From Leptospiraceae bacterium (GTDB lineage: Bacteria; Spirochaetota; Leptospiria; Leptospirales; Leptonemataceae): DNA of 64,000 nucleotides. A program made the translations under genes and the position numbers. Position 1 is the first letter of the stretch. The number at the start of each line of letters is the position of its first letter. Location of the stretch: assembly GCA_040217195.1 (NCBI GenBank), contig JAVJNR010000002.1, positions 192,001 to 256,000 on the forward strand. The letters are read 5' to 3'. Of the stretch, positions 41,447 to 51,618 are shown piece after piece. The notes below the pieces were generated by a model. The model was not told where the DNA came from. It did not search any database and saw only the letters and a list, made by a program, of their open reading frames with translations.

Positions 41447-42752
41447 CCTGGCAAGAATCGATACAGTACAAAACAGCGGTATGGATGTATGGACAGTCAG
41501 CCGGCTGAATCAGACAATTTCATCAGTCCTTCAAAGCGAATCCGCAATTCAGGGGATCTGGCTGGAAGGAGAAATATTTAATCTTACCTATCATAGTAGC
41601 GGCCACATTTACTTCTCATTGAAAGATGAGCGGTCCACCGTCAATTGCACCTTTTTTCGAGGTGCAAATCAGAAACTGAAGGGTCTGAAACTTCAGGTAG
41701 GCATGCAGATCATGGCCTTTGGCGGTGTAAGTGTTTATCAGCCCCGGGGCAATTACCAGTTCAACGTACAGAGAGTTACACTTGCCGGCGAAGGAGAGCT
41801 GAGACTTCGGATCGAGCAATTGAAGAAAAAGCTTCATGAAGAAGGGTTGTTCAACCCTGAAAATAAAAGGCCACTGCCTTTCTTGCCCATTACGGTAGGA
41901 GTGGCAACAGCACCCACTGGAGCAGCCATACAGGATATCATCCGCGTCTGCCGATATCGGTTTCCAGAGGTTAATATCTTGTTGGCCCCTTGCGTAGTTC
42001 AGGGAGAGGGAGCGATTCGCAGTATTGTTTCTGCCATCGAAGCTTTAAACGATCCATCTCTGGAGGTGGATGTAATTATTGCCGGTCGTGGTGGCGGTTC
42101 CTTTGAGGATTTGATGGCTTTCAATGAAGAGGAAGTGGTTCGAGCCTATGCGAAATCAGAAGTACCCATCGTTTCTGCTGTTGGCCATGAGATTGATTCT
42201 CCACTTTCCGATCTGGCTGCTGATGCCTTTGCGCCTACACCCAGCGCCGCGGCCGAAAAGGTAGTACCGGTTCGCGAGGATCTGGAACAGATGCTGGACG
42301 ATGCAGATTATCGCATGGCCACTGCCCTGGGCCAGAGACTGAGAAATGTGAAAGATCGAGTTGTGCGAGTGGCTGGATCCAATGTTTATCAGAATCCAAT
42401 GGCCATACTCAATCATCCGGCAGAAAAATTACAATGGCAACTACGGGAGATGCAATCCAGCATGCAGAGTCTGTATGTGGAGTCATTGAGAGGGCTGGAG
42501 CGCTATTCTCATTTACCGGTTCTCTATCAAAGGGAGATGGATCGTCATTCTAGAAAGTATTCCTTGCTGGCAGAGAGATTGGACAACTTCAGTCCCCTGG
42601 GTACTCTTAAACGAGGATTCTCCGTGGTTCGAGATTCTACAGGAAAGGTTGTTCGGAAAGCTGCAGATCTGGCCAGGGGACAGGATGTGGAACTACTGTT
42701 CGCAGAAGGCAAAGCACGAGCTACGGTAAATAGTACGGAAAAGTCCTGGTAG
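41439..42752 (+). CDS. xseA: Exodeoxyribonuclease VII large subunit
   Basis: SGHIYFSLKD, TGAAIQDI, RGGGSFEDL, SAVGHEID, PTPSAAAE, LKRGF. Confidence 0.97.
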   Translation: MDNLARIDTVQNSGMDVWTVSRLNQTISSVLQSESAIQGIWLEGEIFNLTYHSSGHIYFSLKDERSTVNCTFFRGANQKLKGLKLQVGMQIMAFGGVSVYQPRGNYQFNVQRVTLAGEGELRLRIEQLKKKLHEEGLFNPENKRPLPFLPITVGVATAPTGAAIQDIIRVCRYRFPEVNILLAPCVVQGEGAIRSIVSAIEALNDPSLEVDVIIAGRGGGSFEDLMAFNEEEVVRAYAKSEVPIVSAVGHEIDSPLSDLAADAFAPTPSAAAEKVVPVREDLEQMLDDADYRMATALGQRLRNVKDRVVRVAGSNVYQNPMAILNHPAEKLQWQLREMQSSMQSLYVESLRGLERYSHLPVLYQREMDRHSRKYSLLAERLDNFSPLGTLKRGFSVVRDSTGKVVRKAADLARGQDVELLFAEGKARATVNSTEKSW

Positions 42753-42830
42753 TGCCCGGTGGTGCCGTGGGGTTCTGGAGAACTGAATCCTTTCCAGAAA
42801 AGCCGCTTACAGTCCTGGATTCGATATTAA

Positions 42831-43070
42831 TTATTGGCTGCTTGCCAGAGGGATATAATCCCGATTTTCTTTATTGTAGAGTTCCACGTCCAGGGAACGA
42901 ATGAAGGCGGCCGGGTCTGAGAAAATACGGGTTTTCAGTTTTCGGACATTGTGCTTTCTTCCGCTATATACATCATAGAACAGAAAGCCAAACAGATCCT
43001 CACCCATTTCGACCCGTACCAGATGACCGGCCCGGGCGCCCGTAGTATTTTTGAGCCAGATGGAAGACAT
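42831..43070 (-). CDS. Small WGR-domain-like protein
   Basis: DLFG..YSGRK..K..RDY layout resembles stand-alone WGR domains; the Trp is replaced. Confidence 0.55.
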   Translation of the reverse strand: MSSIWLKNTTGARAGHLVRVEMGEDLFGFLFYDVYSGRKHNVRKLKTRIFSDPAAFIRSLDVELYNKENRDYIPLASSQ

Positions 43071-43117
43071 TCCAGTCGCACCATTCAGGAAATTCATTCA
43101 GGTACAAGCAATTTTTT

Positions 43118-43819
43118 ATGATGAAATCTAAAAATCAGCCGATACATCCGGATTTTCCAAAACCGGAAATGGATGCTGAGAAATTTCTGAAAATCTCGGA
43201 AACCTATACGACTCTTCAGGGGGAAGGCTCTCATTCCGGGCTTCCCTGCTATTTCATTCGGCTGGCTGTTTGCGATATTCGATGTACCTGGTGCGATACT
43301 CCGGATTCCTGGACGGGAGGGGATTGGATGTCCCTGGAAGAAATCCTGACAGACGTTCCGGATCACATTGAACTAATCCAGATTACCGGAGGAGAGCCGT
43401 TACTACAGATTAAGCGACTGGGCATTCTATTTGAAAAATTGCATTCAATGCACAAGAAGATCCTTCTGGAAACCGGAGGTCATCGGACTCTACATTCAGT
43501 GCCTTCCTATGTGCATATAATTATGGATATCAAGTTGCCGGATTCTGGAGAGAGTGAACACCCTTTTCAGGAGAACTTCCCCTATCTCAAGAGTGAAGAT
43601 GAAATCAAATTTGTGGTGGCCAGCGAATCGGATTTTCAGACAGCTCTGGAATGGATTCATCGTTTCGATTTGAGCAACCGTTTCCGTCTATTGATTTCGC
43701 CGGTGGCAGGTCTGGATCTTAAGAAGCTTGCGCAATGGATGCTGGACTCAAAATTGACAATGAGACTTCAGCTGCAGCTGCACAAGTACATCTGGGGTCC
43801 GAAGGCCCGCAAGGTGTAG
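43118..43819 (+). CDS. queE: 7-carboxy-7-deazaguanine synthase (radical SAM)
   Basis: TLQGEG, CDIRCTWCDT, ITGGEP, ETGG, QLHK. Confidence 0.95.
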   Translation: MMKSKNQPIHPDFPKPEMDAEKFLKISETYTTLQGEGSHSGLPCYFIRLAVCDIRCTWCDTPDSWTGGDWMSLEEILTDVPDHIELIQITGGEPLLQIKRLGILFEKLHSMHKKILLETGGHRTLHSVPSYVHIIMDIKLPDSGESEHPFQENFPYLKSEDEIKFVVASESDFQTALEWIHRFDLSNRFRLLISPVAGLDLKKLAQWMLDSKLTMRLQLQLHKYIWGPKARKV

Positions 43820-43822
43820 TAA

Positions 43823-44203
43823 ATGAACCAGGAAGTGGAAATTGTAAAAAAGTACCGATTCGAAGCGGCCCATTTTCTTCCCAATGTTCCGGAAGGTCAT
43901 AAATGTCGTAGAATGCACGGCCATTCCTTTCGCTTTGAGCTAGTTCTTCGAGGTCCTGTAGATCCGATTACTGGATGGCTAATCGATTTTGGGGACATTA
44001 GCAAGGTTGTAAAACCACTGATTGAAGATCACCTGGATCACTACCTACTGAATGACGTTGAAGGTCTGGAGAATCCGACCAGCGAACAGGTTTCTATCTG
44101 GCTCTGGAATCGAATCAAACCCCATTTGAATGCTCTGGCAGAAATTGTAGTTCATGAAACCTGCACCGCTCGTTGCGTCTATCGAGGTCCAGGAAATCAG
44201 TAA
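43823..44203 (+). CDS. queD: 6-carboxytetrahydropterin synthase
   Basis: FEAAH, KCRRMHGHS, DFG, LDH, NPTSE, HET. Confidence 0.96.
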   Translation: MNQEVEIVKKYRFEAAHFLPNVPEGHKCRRMHGHSFRFELVLRGPVDPITGWLIDFGDISKVVKPLIEDHLDHYLLNDVEGLENPTSEQVSIWLWNRIKPHLNALAEIVVHETCTARCVYRGPGNQ

Positions 44204-44917
44204 ATGGCATCCGAGCCAGTTAGAAGATCGGAGTCCGGTGGGAAATGTGTGGTGCTACTAAGTGGCGGTCTCGATTCGGCCACAACTCTCTACTATGCGA
44301 AGTCCCTTAACTACGATGTACATGCACTTTCCTTTGATTATGGCCAGAGACATAGTATAGAACTTCGCAGCGCAAACAAGCTGGCCAGAGCTGCAGAGGT
44401 TTCTGCTCATTCTACTATCTCTGTAGATACAGGAATTTTTCAGACAAGCGCACTGACCGATGTCAGCATCGAAATACCGCAGGACCGAAGTGAGCAGTCC
44501 ATGTCTTCCAGTATTCCGGTAACCTATGTTCCCGGTCGAAACATCCTATTTCTTAGCTTTGGTTTGTCTTACTGCGAAAGTCATGGACTGGATGCTATAT
44601 TTATTGGTGCAAATGCAGTAGACTATTCAGGGTATCCGGACTGCAGACCTGACTTCATAAAGGCATTTCAAGATATGGCTACCATCGGAACCAGGGCTGG
44701 AGATGAAGGAAGGCCCATCAGGATAGAGGCCCCGCTCATTGAAATGACGAAAGCTGAGATCATTTCTATGGGTACGAAGCTGGGCGTAGATTACAGCCTG
44801 ACTTCAAGTTGCTATCAGCCATCCGAGGCTGGCAAGCCCTGCGGTCGTTGCGATAGTTGTTTGCTTAGGGCCCAGGGATTTTCCGTTGCTGGATTGAAAG
44901 ACCCCCTTACAGCTTGA
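44204..44917 (+). CDS. queC: 7-cyano-7-deazaguanine synthase
   Basis: SGGLDS, YGQRH, TYVPGRN, DYSGYPDCR, CGRCDSC. Confidence 0.98.
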   Translation: MASEPVRRSESGGKCVVLLSGGLDSATTLYYAKSLNYDVHALSFDYGQRHSIELRSANKLARAAEVSAHSTISVDTGIFQTSALTDVSIEIPQDRSEQSMSSSIPVTYVPGRNILFLSFGLSYCESHGLDAIFIGANAVDYSGYPDCRPDFIKAFQDMATIGTRAGDEGRPIRIEAPLIEMTKAEIISMGTKLGVDYSLTSSCYQPSEAGKPCGRCDSCLLRAQGFSVAGLKDPLTA

Positions 44918-44947
44918 CAGCATTTTCAATCATCGCTCATTGAACGT

Positions 44948-45691
44948 ATGTCCTCTGTTCTTGGTGTTATACCCGCACGCTTCGGTAGTACTCGATTTCC
45001 AGGAAAGGTCCTGGCAAAGATTGGAAGCTGGCCCATGATCCGCTATGTTTATGAGGCAGCCAGACAGTGCACAACCCTGGATCATCTAGTCATTGCCACC
45101 GATGATGAAAGAGTAAGGGATGCGGTTCATGAATTCGGGGCCGAATGTCTAATGACTCAGGACACACATAAGAGCGGCACAGATCGTCTTGCCGAAGTTG
45201 CAGATTACTACAAAGATTACGACATTCTGGTAAACATTCAAGGCGACGAACCTGGAATCGAACCAGAACTCATTAATGGCGTGGTGCAACTAAAGAAGGA
45301 TCATCCTGAGTGGGAAGTGGCCACCGCTGCCAGGCCATTTCAATCCAATGAAGATCCGTTGCAGCCAAACCGTGTAAAAGTGGCCCTTACCAGGAAGCAA
45401 AAAGCTCTGTATTTTTCCCGTTCTCTGATTCCTTTTCCCAGAAATAAGACTGCACAGACGGTGTACTTGCACCTGGGTATCTATGCTTATCAGAGAGATT
45501 TTTTACTTCGATTTCATACACTTCCCCTGTCTTTGCTGGAGGACACTGAGTCTCTGGAACAACTTCGGGTCCTGGAAAATGATTATAGCATGGGTGTATT
45601 CCTTGTGGACGGTTCCCTGCCTGGAGTAGATACTGCAGAGGACCTGGCCAACATTACAGGTATCTTCAAGCAGAAAGGCATGTTGCATTGA
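44948..45691 (+). CDS. kdsB: 3-deoxy-manno-octulosonate cytidylyltransferase
   Basis: IPARFGSTRFPGK, SGTDR, NIQGDEP, LYFSRS, ESLEQLR. Confidence 0.97.
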   Translation: MSSVLGVIPARFGSTRFPGKVLAKIGSWPMIRYVYEAARQCTTLDHLVIATDDERVRDAVHEFGAECLMTQDTHKSGTDRLAEVADYYKDYDILVNIQGDEPGIEPELINGVVQLKKDHPEWEVATAARPFQSNEDPLQPNRVKVALTRKQKALYFSRSLIPFPRNKTAQTVYLHLGIYAYQRDFLLRFHTLPLSLLEDTESLEQLRVLENDYSMGVFLVDGSLPGVDTAEDLANITGIFKQKGMLH

Positions 45692-46899
45692 CGGTACGGG
45701 AAATCCTGCAAGACATTGTTGAGCATATTCGAAATGCCAACAAAGCCAAAGATGGAGAGAAAATCCCCACCTCCGACGATATGGTACGGAGACTGGCTGC
45801 AGAATACGCTCTGGAAAAGGATGTGATTCGTTATTACCTGCGAGTCCTCTCCGATGCGCATTACATAATTACCATTCATTTTGTGGAAGCCGATGAGCGC
45901 CTTATGATTAGCGGCGTGAACGGCTATGTTGTGGCCGAACCCGGCATTGTAGAAGAAGTAAAAAACTACGCCTACAGACTGCTGGAGCAAACCTACGAAG
46001 CCCAGTTTTACAGACGAAAGCAGGCCACACTGATCATCCGCGAAATGATGACGGATGTTAAGCGATACAATAACACTCCTCTTGGAAAGACTCTGAATGC
46101 AGCTCTTATGTTGCAGCAGTATGATTCAGTGATCGAAAGTCATCAGGGGGAGTTTTCGGATCAATGGAAGTCTTCCAGGCTCGCAGAACTTGTACCCGGG
46201 CTAAATCAGGATCCTGGAGCTGCGGCAGCTGCACCGATTGCTGCAGACGATACGTTTGTGGCACCCGATGTGGAGAGCCATCGTGCTGTGGATTCGGAGG
46301 CCTATCGCAACCTGGAGAAGATGGATCTTTCTGGCTCCTGGGGAAAAGCTGTTAACAAATACGGAGTAAACTTTCTTCTACGAATTCATCTGAGAAAATA
46401 TGAATTCGATAGAGTGCGAAAGCTAATCAAGCAAAAGAAAATTGCACGTTACGATGATTTGAAGTATGTTCGGGATTCTGTGCGAAAGATGGAGGATCGA
46501 ACCTTTGAAGATCCAATGTTGCAGTACTACCAGAATGATATGACGGAATTGCGTCGACTGGCACAGATCAAACTAAATCAGATAACCCTGGCAAGACAAC
46601 AGGCAGGTATGGCAGATTCTGAACTGCACGATAGGCCAGCAAGGCCTTCGGTGGCTGCCAGTAGTCCATCCATGCCTGTTAGTCCACCGTCGGATTTTGC
46701 TTCGCCTTCTGACCCGGCTGGCTCCTCCGATGATTCCCCATCGGACTATTCCGTAGAAAGCCTCCCAGATCTAGATGCAGTGGCCTCCGGCGATGATGTT
46801 GCCGGCGCCACATTACCAGATTCTGTGGCCGATTCCCCTGTACCTCCAGATCTGGAGTCGGAAGAGAATGAGGAATCCGACTCCCAGGACGATTACTGA
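45688..46899 (+). CDS. Hypothetical protein with acidic Ser/Pro/Asp-rich tail
   Basis: 403-aa ORF whose TTG start overlaps the kdsB stop. Confidence 0.75.
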   Translation: MTVREILQDIVEHIRNANKAKDGEKIPTSDDMVRRLAAEYALEKDVIRYYLRVLSDAHYIITIHFVEADERLMISGVNGYVVAEPGIVEEVKNYAYRLLEQTYEAQFYRRKQATLIIREMMTDVKRYNNTPLGKTLNAALMLQQYDSVIESHQGEFSDQWKSSRLAELVPGLNQDPGAAAAAPIAADDTFVAPDVESHRAVDSEAYRNLEKMDLSGSWGKAVNKYGVNFLLRIHLRKYEFDRVRKLIKQKKIARYDDLKYVRDSVRKMEDRTFEDPMLQYYQNDMTELRRLAQIKLNQITLARQQAGMADSELHDRPARPSVAASSPSMPVSPPSDFASPSDPAGSSDDSPSDYSVESLPDLDAVASGDDVAGATLPDSVADSPVPPDLESEENEESDSQDDY

Positions 46900-46916
46900 G
46901 ACTCGGAGGTAGAGTC

Positions 46917-46944
46917 AGGCCAGTTCCGTTGGAGCCGGCCTTTT
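46917..46944 (+). terminator. Possible terminator between convergent genes
   Basis: aggccagttcc-gtt-ggagccggcct followed by a short T run. Confidence 0.45.
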
Positions 46945-46946
46945 CA

Positions 46947-47798
46947 TCATTCCTTTCCTTTTTTAACCCTTTGCTTCAGAAGATCATCGATTTTGGTTGG
47001 GTCCACAGCTCCGCGATGGGGACTGAGTGCTTCGCCACCATCCATGATGTAGATTGAGCCGGTCATCCAATTCCCTGCATCAGAAGCCATAAAGACAGCC
47101 AGATTTCCAATCTCCTCTGGATGACCGGAACGACCCAGGGGAATGGTGGACTGGAATTGATCGAAGCTTCCCCCCATTTCGAAAGCTTTGGAAACTCCCT
47201 CTGTTATGATCGGTCCTGGAGCAATAGCATTGACTCGAATGCCTTTATGAGCCCATTCCAGAGCCAGAGTTTTGGTAAGTGCATCGATACCGGATTTGGC
47301 TGCAGTGGCAGGAGCCATTCCAACCCAGCCATTATGATGCAATGTCATGGAGATGCTGATGATCACTCCACCGTTATCTTTCATGTATTTATGTGCGGCC
47401 CGGGCACAATAGAAAGTGCCATTCAGGTCAATATCGATGACAGCATGCCACAGTTTATCCCGGAGCTTATGGGCTGGAAAATAGAAGTTACCGGCAGCAT
47501 TGTTGATCAGAATGTCTATCTTGCCCATTTGATCGGCGGCCTCTGCAAACATTCGGTTTACATCGGAAGACTCTACAACGTTTAGAGGCAGACCAATGGA
47601 TTTGATTCCAAATTCATCGGTGAGCTTTTTGGCTTCCTCCTCGCATCGTTCTTTTCTGCGAGAGGCAATTACAACATCGGCTCCGGCCATGGCCAGCCTT
47701 CGGGCAATTCCATTACCAATTCCGGAGGATCCTCCGGTAACAATGGCTACTTTGCCTTTCAATAAGTCTTTTCTGAAGATATTAGCGGGTGCATCCAT
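46947..47798 (-). CDS. SDR oxidoreductase, 2,4-dienoyl-CoA reductase-like
   Basis: TGGSSGIG, INNAAGNF, IDIDLNGTF, LALEW, IAPGPI. Confidence 0.9.
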   Translation of the reverse strand: MDAPANIFRKDLLKGKVAIVTGGSSGIGNGIARRLAMAGADVVIASRRKERCEEEAKKLTDEFGIKSIGLPLNVVESSDVNRMFAEAADQMGKIDILINNAAGNFYFPAHKLRDKLWHAVIDIDLNGTFYCARAAHKYMKDNGGVIISISMTLHHNGWVGMAPATAAKSGIDALTKTLALEWAHKGIRVNAIAPGPIITEGVSKAFEMGGSFDQFQSTIPLGRSGHPEEIGNLAVFMASDAGNWMTGSIYIMDGGEALSPHRGAVDPTKIDDLLKQRVKKGKE

Positions 47799-47838
47799 CC
47801 AGGCAGATTGACTGAAAAATCAATCCATGCAAGCCTTT

Positions 47839-48885
47839 TCAGGGAAGCTCCAGAAGCACCTTACCCCGATTCTGACCCTGTTTAAAATACTCCAGCGCTT
47901 CTGGTGCCTTTTCATAGGGAAAGACTCGGTCAATTACCGGCGGCTTCCATTTAATGCTCATCATATCCTCGTATAAATCCTTCAGTAGATCCACCTGAGA
48001 ATAGAGCCAGATCAAATTGAAACCCATCACCGATTTGTTGGAGCTGATCATTTCCAGCGGATCAATGCGGTCTCGCCTGAGATACTGCACTGCCAGTTTT
48101 GCATAGTTGGGTCGATTGCCCTGAGGCATGAAATTGGCCGAACCATAATATATGAATCTGCCTGCCGGGTTCAGTCGTTTATACAGTGGTTTAAAGAATG
48201 GAGCTCCGATGGCATCGAAAACCAGATCGAATCCGGACCGATTGAACCTCCTCAGCTTATGGTCCAGCTCCAGCGCAAACCCTTTGCTGGTGCGTACAAT
48301 AATTTGATCTCTGGAAAGCCCAATCTCTTTCTCCAGGAATTCCATCTTCCTATCGCTTCCCACAGAAACGATAGGTAGAGCCCCAAAATGATTGCAAACT
48401 TGCAATGCATGCAGGCCCACTCCACCGGCACCCGAATGAATGAACACTGTGCCTGACTTGAGACGAGAAATGGCTCCCTGGTCTTCCAGGCCATAGTAGG
48501 CAGTGAGTGCCTGCACCGGAAAGGCGGCTGCCTGGGCCTGGCTCCACTTGCCTGGAACTTTGCGCAGGTATCGCACGTCTGCATTAATGTGAGTGGAGTA
48601 CCCGCCAAACCGAATGAGCCCCATGACTCGATCGCCCTTTTTGAATCCGCTCCTTGCACCACCTGGAACCGATTCGATGGTACCTGAGTATTCCAGACCT
48701 GGAATGAAGCTGCCCTTCGGAGTGGCGCTATAAAGTCCCAGAACTGCGAATACGTCGGCCAGATTGAGGCCGCAGTAATTGACGCGAACCCTGGCCTGTC
48801 CTGGCTCCGGATCGGGAAGCGGAATTTCTCGCAGCCTTAGCTTTTCCAGATTTCCAGCAGACTTTTGTATCCATGCATGAGCCAT
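47839..48885 (-). CDS. MDR/quinone oxidoreductase (VAT-1-like)
   Basis: GLNLAD, PGLEYSG, HSGAGGVG, NRGKVLL. Confidence 0.9.
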   Translation of the reverse strand: MAHAWIQKSAGNLEKLRLREIPLPDPEPGQARVRVNYCGLNLADVFAVLGLYSATPKGSFIPGLEYSGTIESVPGGARSGFKKGDRVMGLIRFGGYSTHINADVRYLRKVPGKWSQAQAAAFPVQALTAYYGLEDQGAISRLKSGTVFIHSGAGGVGLHALQVCNHFGALPIVSVGSDRKMEFLEKEIGLSRDQIIVRTSKGFALELDHKLRRFNRSGFDLVFDAIGAPFFKPLYKRLNPAGRFIYYGSANFMPQGNRPNYAKLAVQYLRRDRIDPLEMISSNKSVMGFNLIWLYSQVDLLKDLYEDMMSIKWKPPVIDRVFPYEKAPEALEYFKQGQNRGKVLLELP

Positions 48886-48972
48886 GAGTCAGTTTTTACT
48901 TCTTCGGATCTCTGGCAAGTTCTGCAAATAATTACTCCAGGGCTGCACGTAAAAAGCCAAAAACTCTGGCTT

Positions 48973-49968
48973 TTAGCCGCGAACGATGAGATAACTCAGA
49001 AAGGCGGCGAACATAGCAAGCAGCAGAACTCCATGAATACGATTCAGGCGCCATTTTTTGCCAAACAATAGTAGGGCCAGAATAAGCACATGGGCTCCAA
49101 CATTCACCGATGCATCTTCGATCTGTGGTTCATGCATTGGAATATCCGATATGCAGGCTGTTATTCCCAGAATGAAGAATGTATTGAATATATTGGATCC
49201 AACTACGTTACCCACCGCCAGATCCGATTTTCCGCGAAAGGATGCTACAGCACTTGTGGCCAGTTCCGGCAATGAAGTTCCGGCGGCCACAATCGTTAAT
49301 CCAATCAGTCCCTCGGATAGATAAAAAGTGCGGGCCAGAGCAACAGCACCTTCCACAATCCAGGCACCGCCAACACCCAGACCTACCAGGCCAAGTACAC
49401 TTAGAACACAGGATAACCAGAAGGGCATTTCTGTGGACGGCTCATCGACGGTAACGGCGGAGATTTTCGATTGGTCCACATCCGTGGGGGCTGCCAGGGT
49501 TGGTTCCACATATGCGGTTTCGTAACTATAGTACAGAAAGATGGCAAAGAAACCAAGTAAGAAGATACCTTCCGATCTGGTAATGGATGACAACAGAGGG
49601 CCCTCGGAAAAATTCAAGGAAGCTGCAAGTATCATCAGTGCTGCGAGCAATGCGAAGGGCAGTTCCTTCCTTACGGTGTTTACATGCACCTGTAGTGGAT
49701 GAATCAATGCGGCCAGCCCCAAAATCAGCAATAGATTAAAGATATTGGAGCCCAGGATATTTCCAGCCGCAAGAGCGGTCCTACCTTCCAGAGCGGAAAC
49801 GATATTGACTATCAGCTCGGGAGAACTGGTGCCGAAAGCTACGATGGTTAGCCCTATAACCAGTTCGGATACGTTGAAACGTCGGGCAATACCGGATGCT
49901 CCTCGAACAAGCGATTCTGCGCCGGCTAGTAGGAATAGCACCCCGGGAATAATTAATGCAATGGTCAT
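48973..49968 (-). CDS. Calcium/sodium antiporter (CaCA, YrbG-like)
   Basis: Two alpha repeats: GTSSPE..GNILGSN and GTSLPE..GNVVGSN. Confidence 0.95.
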   Translation of the reverse strand: MTIALIIPGVLFLLAGAESLVRGASGIARRFNVSELVIGLTIVAFGTSSPELIVNIVSALEGRTALAAGNILGSNIFNLLLILGLAALIHPLQVHVNTVRKELPFALLAALMILAASLNFSEGPLLSSITRSEGIFLLGFFAIFLYYSYETAYVEPTLAAPTDVDQSKISAVTVDEPSTEMPFWLSCVLSVLGLVGLGVGGAWIVEGAVALARTFYLSEGLIGLTIVAAGTSLPELATSAVASFRGKSDLAVGNVVGSNIFNTFFILGITACISDIPMHEPQIEDASVNVGAHVLILALLLFGKKWRLNRIHGVLLLAMFAAFLSYLIVRG

Positions 49969-50064
49969 CTGGCCCGCATCAAGCCGATGGCCCCTGCGAT
50001 GTCAATCCGGATTTCGCCAGGGAAGTTTGCTGCAGAATGAAAGGCTAGCCCTCGGAGGAGCGGT

Positions 50065-50856
50065 TCAAATCCAGCCTGCGGATAATATGAGTCCATAAAG
50101 ATTGGTAAGTGCAGGAGCCAGTACCAGCGCTGGTAATAGGTTTAGAATCTTGATTGCTTTTAGTTCCAGGATTTCCAGAGCCAGTCCCAGTAGTAGAAGC
50201 CCCCCGACTCCATTTAGATTCGCCAGTGCCTCTGGCTCCAGAAAGGGTGCGATATGGACCGCAGCCAGTGTTAGTGTGCTTTGAAATAGAAAAAGCGGTA
50301 AGGCCACCACCAGGATGACGCCACCAAAGGCGGAGGCCAGGGCGATGGAAGAGATTCCATCCAGTACGGATTTTGCGAAAAGCAAATCAGAGCCCTTGCC
50401 CAAACCTTCCTGGATGCAGCCGAGCACTGTCATGCTTCCCACACAGAATAGCAGAAAAGCATTTAGCACACCATGCATGGGTTGTGGCTTTCCGGATCCA
50501 TCCAGGTTAGAGTTGCTACTCTGTAATCGCTGGGCGGAATTGCTGCCATCCCCTGTTTGCCGGTCCGAGGATTCCAATGAAGGTTTATTTCCAGGGATGC
50601 GGTTTAGCAGAATTCGCAATCTTTGATCCAGGCTTAGAGCTGAACCAAGAGCGCCACCGAGCAAAAGAGATATGAGCACAAGCAATGGATTCTCCGTTTC
50701 CAGAGAAAGCTTCATTCCCAGAAACAGAGTAAAAAGGCCAATGCCGACAAAAGTGGTCTTAGTAATTCGATCCGGGAGCCGCCTGCCAATGAATGCTCCC
50801 AGGGAAGCTCCGATCAGGACGGCAAGTGTATTGACTATGGTTCCCTGTAAGATCAC
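50065..50856 (-). CDS. DUF554 family membrane protein
   Basis: GTIVNT, LLFCVGSM..G, KSVLDG; GTG start overlaps the can stop (GTGA). Confidence 0.9.
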   Translation of the reverse strand: MILQGTIVNTLAVLIGASLGAFIGRRLPDRITKTTFVGIGLFTLFLGMKLSLETENPLLVLISLLLGGALGSALSLDQRLRILLNRIPGNKPSLESSDRQTGDGSNSAQRLQSSNSNLDGSGKPQPMHGVLNAFLLFCVGSMTVLGCIQEGLGKGSDLLFAKSVLDGISSIALASAFGGVILVVALPLFLFQSTLTLAAVHIAPFLEPEALANLNGVGGLLLLGLALEILELKAIKILNLLPALVLAPALTNLYGLILSAGWI

Positions 50857-51482
50857 ACGATTAGTGAAAGCTCTTCGCTCTTCTTTACAGAGTTGACCGT
50901 AACATTTAGATCCTTCAGCATACCATCGCGAATCTGGTAGAACCATCCGTGTAGCGCTGGAAAGTCACCTGCGGCCCACTTCTGTCGGATGAAGGAGACC
51001 TTGGATAGATTGTAGACCTGCTGCCTGACGTTTACCATGGCCATTGCATCGCTTCTTTGATTTGGGTCCGGGATTTTTTCCAGTTCCTCTTTGTGGAATT
51101 GATACACATCCTTGATATGGTTGAGCCAGTTATCCAGAAATCCGAAATTGTCCTGGGACATGGCTGCCTGAATGCCGCCACAGGAAGAATGACCGCAAAC
51201 AATAATGTGACGTACCTTCAGGTATTCAACTGCATAGTAGATTACGCTTAATAGATTTATATCGGAATGGATTACCAGGTTGGCGATGTTTCTGTGAACG
51301 AATATCGAGCCAGGCATGGAACCTGTGATTTCAGTGGCAGGAACGCGACTGTCCGAGCAGCCTATCCAGAGGAAGCGCGGGCTCTGGCCTTCGGCCAGCT
51401 TTTCAAAAAAAGAAGGATCCGCCTTCTTTACATCACCCAGCCAGCGGAGATTACCTTCTAAGAGTTCTCTGTAGGATTCCAT
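50853..51482 (-). CDS. can: Beta-class carbonic anhydrase
   Basis: GCSDSR, HRNIAN, CGHSSCGG. Confidence 0.96.
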   Translation of the reverse strand: MESYRELLEGNLRWLGDVKKADPSFFEKLAEGQSPRFLWIGCSDSRVPATEITGSMPGSIFVHRNIANLVIHSDINLLSVIYYAVEYLKVRHIIVCGHSSCGGIQAAMSQDNFGFLDNWLNHIKDVYQFHKEELEKIPDPNQRSDAMAMVNVRQQVYNLSKVSFIRQKWAAGDFPALHGWFYQIRDGMLKDLNVTVNSVKKSEELSLIV

Positions 51483-51618
51483 TCTTTCCCAGCTTCCATC
51501 TGGGGAATCTGTGGATAAAGCTTTTTTCAGTCAATTGCAGAGACTTCTATCAGAACGATACTGGAGATTGTGAAATTAGTCCCGGGCCACAACGATTTAC
51601 GGGAAGATTCCAGCCAGG

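Noticed and set aside
43118..44917. queE-queD-queC as a 7-deazaguanine DNA-modification (dpd) or Qat defence island
   Set aside because: Canonical proteins in a housekeeping context with kdsB; no dpdA/tgt paralogue, nuclease or ATPase nearby
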